Shown: piece by piece, positions 62,801 through 64,000 of the stretch
Numbering within the stretch: the stretch's first letter is position 1
Layout of the letters: the number at the start of each line of letters is the position of its first letter
Source: Raillietiella orientalis
Lineage: Eukaryota
DNA: 64,000 nt
Direction of reading: 5' to 3'
NCBI GenBank assembly: GCA_036172245.1
Contig: JAYWIR010000001.1
Span: 5,456,001 to 5,520,000 of the forward strand
Translations under genes and position numbers: made by a program
Notes under the pieces: model-generated
What the model saw: the letters and a program-made list of their open reading frames with translations, nothing else
Databases searched by the model: none
Told to the model about the DNA's origin: nothing

Positions 62801-64000
62801 GAGCTGGTTGATAACCCCCTTGGGGGGTCGGTTGCCTCTCCAGAGTGTTTCAGAAGGATGCCGCTTCGTTCGGGGAGAGACCCTTTAGAGAAATTGGGAA
62901 ACATCCCTTCGGGCCTCTCTTCAGAGGAGGAAACAAGGAGCAATTCCCTTGGGGGTGGCCTCAGGAGAGAAATTCCAGGGGCTGATCTTTTCCCGGTTCC
63001 CTTCGGAGGAGAAACAACGAGCGGCCCCCTCATGGGGTCCCTCCGGAGAGAACAAGGGAGAAGTTCCCTCTGCGGTTCCCTACCAAAAACAAGAGGGACG
63101 GACTCCTTCATCCGGAGCCTTCCTGGATTCATAGGGTGCTCCCTAGCATCCTCAGGAATTTTTTCCTCTTCTTTGTTTTCTGACGGGGAGGAGGAGGAGA
63201 AGATACTCGTTGATAGCGTGGTCCCTTTTTGCGATCGCGACCACCATCTCGGGTGAGCTGATGCGGGACGGAATTCCAGATTGGTTCCTTGCCTTCCACT
63301 TTTCACTTGCAGGGATGAGGCGCCGCAGGCTGTTCGCTTCCGGTCGCCCCATTTCGCCGCCTTCGATCTTCCAGAGCGCTTTCCCTTTTTCTGCCTCGAG
63401 CGCCCGCGTCGTGCAGGCGCGGTTTCGAGACCCGAAAGCGAGCTCCTGGTCGCTCCCGTTTCCGGTCTTGGAAAGCTACGTTTCCGGTCGGAGCAGGCTG
63501 ATCCCGGACGCGTGGAGGAGGGAGGGGGGGTGGAGGGGGAAGGGAGGAATCTCCTCGGAGCTAACCGGAGCGGAACGTGAGTCCCCCATCGTTTCCAGCT
63601 CCTCCTCGTCCCTTTCGGTGCTTCTTTTCCAGCTTTCCTCCATCTTGATGATCCAATTTTTTCTCTTCCAGATGTTCTTCCCCCGAAAGTGGTCCCCTTC
63701 GGATTCCGTGACCACTTCCTCCTGGTTAGATGACGCGCAATCACGGAGCCGGATCGGAATTTCCTTCGCGCTCGCGAGGATGCAACAGAGCAGATCGGCT
63801 CTCGTTAGCATGCAAAGTGCAGCCACCGAGAAACGTCAACATCCGAGATGGGGTGACGGCGCTCACAATCCCCGTTATTCTTCTCCTTTCGTTCAGGTCT
63901 CCCGATTTCGGGATGCTTCGAGGGGGACGGCGTAATCCCAGCAGTTCCGCTTCCTTGTTCTTGCTTTCCGCACATCTTCAGCGACCCGGAACCCCCGGTT
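59900..64000 (-). CDS. Probable multi-exon gene for an unidentified S/P/R/E/G-rich, likely disordered protein; 5' part may lie beyond the window
   Basis: A chain of long minus-strand ORFs (63476-63826, 62797-63744, 61965-62540, 60940-61413, 60426-61079, 60056-60433) with purine-rich coding-like composition. Strong acceptors occur at TTTTTTTCATTTTCACACAG (~61436) and TTTCAG (~60023). No family motif recognised and the exon chain is not resolved. Confidence 0.4.

Noticed and set aside
1-64000. CRISPR arrays, bacterial operons, prophage or defence systems
   Set aside because: The genes are intron-containing eukaryotic genes, and there are no regularly spaced short direct repeats with unique spacers.

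Overview
This is eukaryotic (metazoan) genomic DNA with spliceosomal introns, not prokaryotic; there is no CRISPR array or rRNA and I found no credible tRNA. Minimal introns of 43-60 nt and tightly packed co-oriented genes would fit a compact-genome invertebrate such as a clade I nematode, but that is inference. Four genes were modelled by hand: (1) the 3' part of a citron kinase-like gene (coiled coil-C1-PH-CNH; +, <1-2925); (2) RPF2 (-, 10563-7825); (3) a 27-kb, at least 17-exon LRRC9/FAP234-like gene with LRR arrays around a PARP/ART-like domain (-, ~43528-16097); (4) HEATR5 (-, 51338-43633). A probable but unidentified gene lies at the right edge (-). Decayed Ty3/gypsy and LINE relics fill the intergenic space. 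The LRRC9 introns hold young direct repeats, inverted-repeat elements and a perfect 156-bp AT palindrome. Most notable: (a) LRRC9 starts ~100 nt after the HEATR5 stop at an acceptor with a branch point but no good upstream exon or ATG, pointing to an operon with trans-splicing or an in-frame HEATR5-LRRC9 chimera; (b) abrupt CpG-poor/CpG-rich domain switches inside genes; (c) a modular intronic repeat family with a conserved ~110-nt element just downstream of two 5' splice sites; (d) an acidic residue at the PARP catalytic position of LRRC9. Family assignments rest on recalled protein motifs; no database searches were run.
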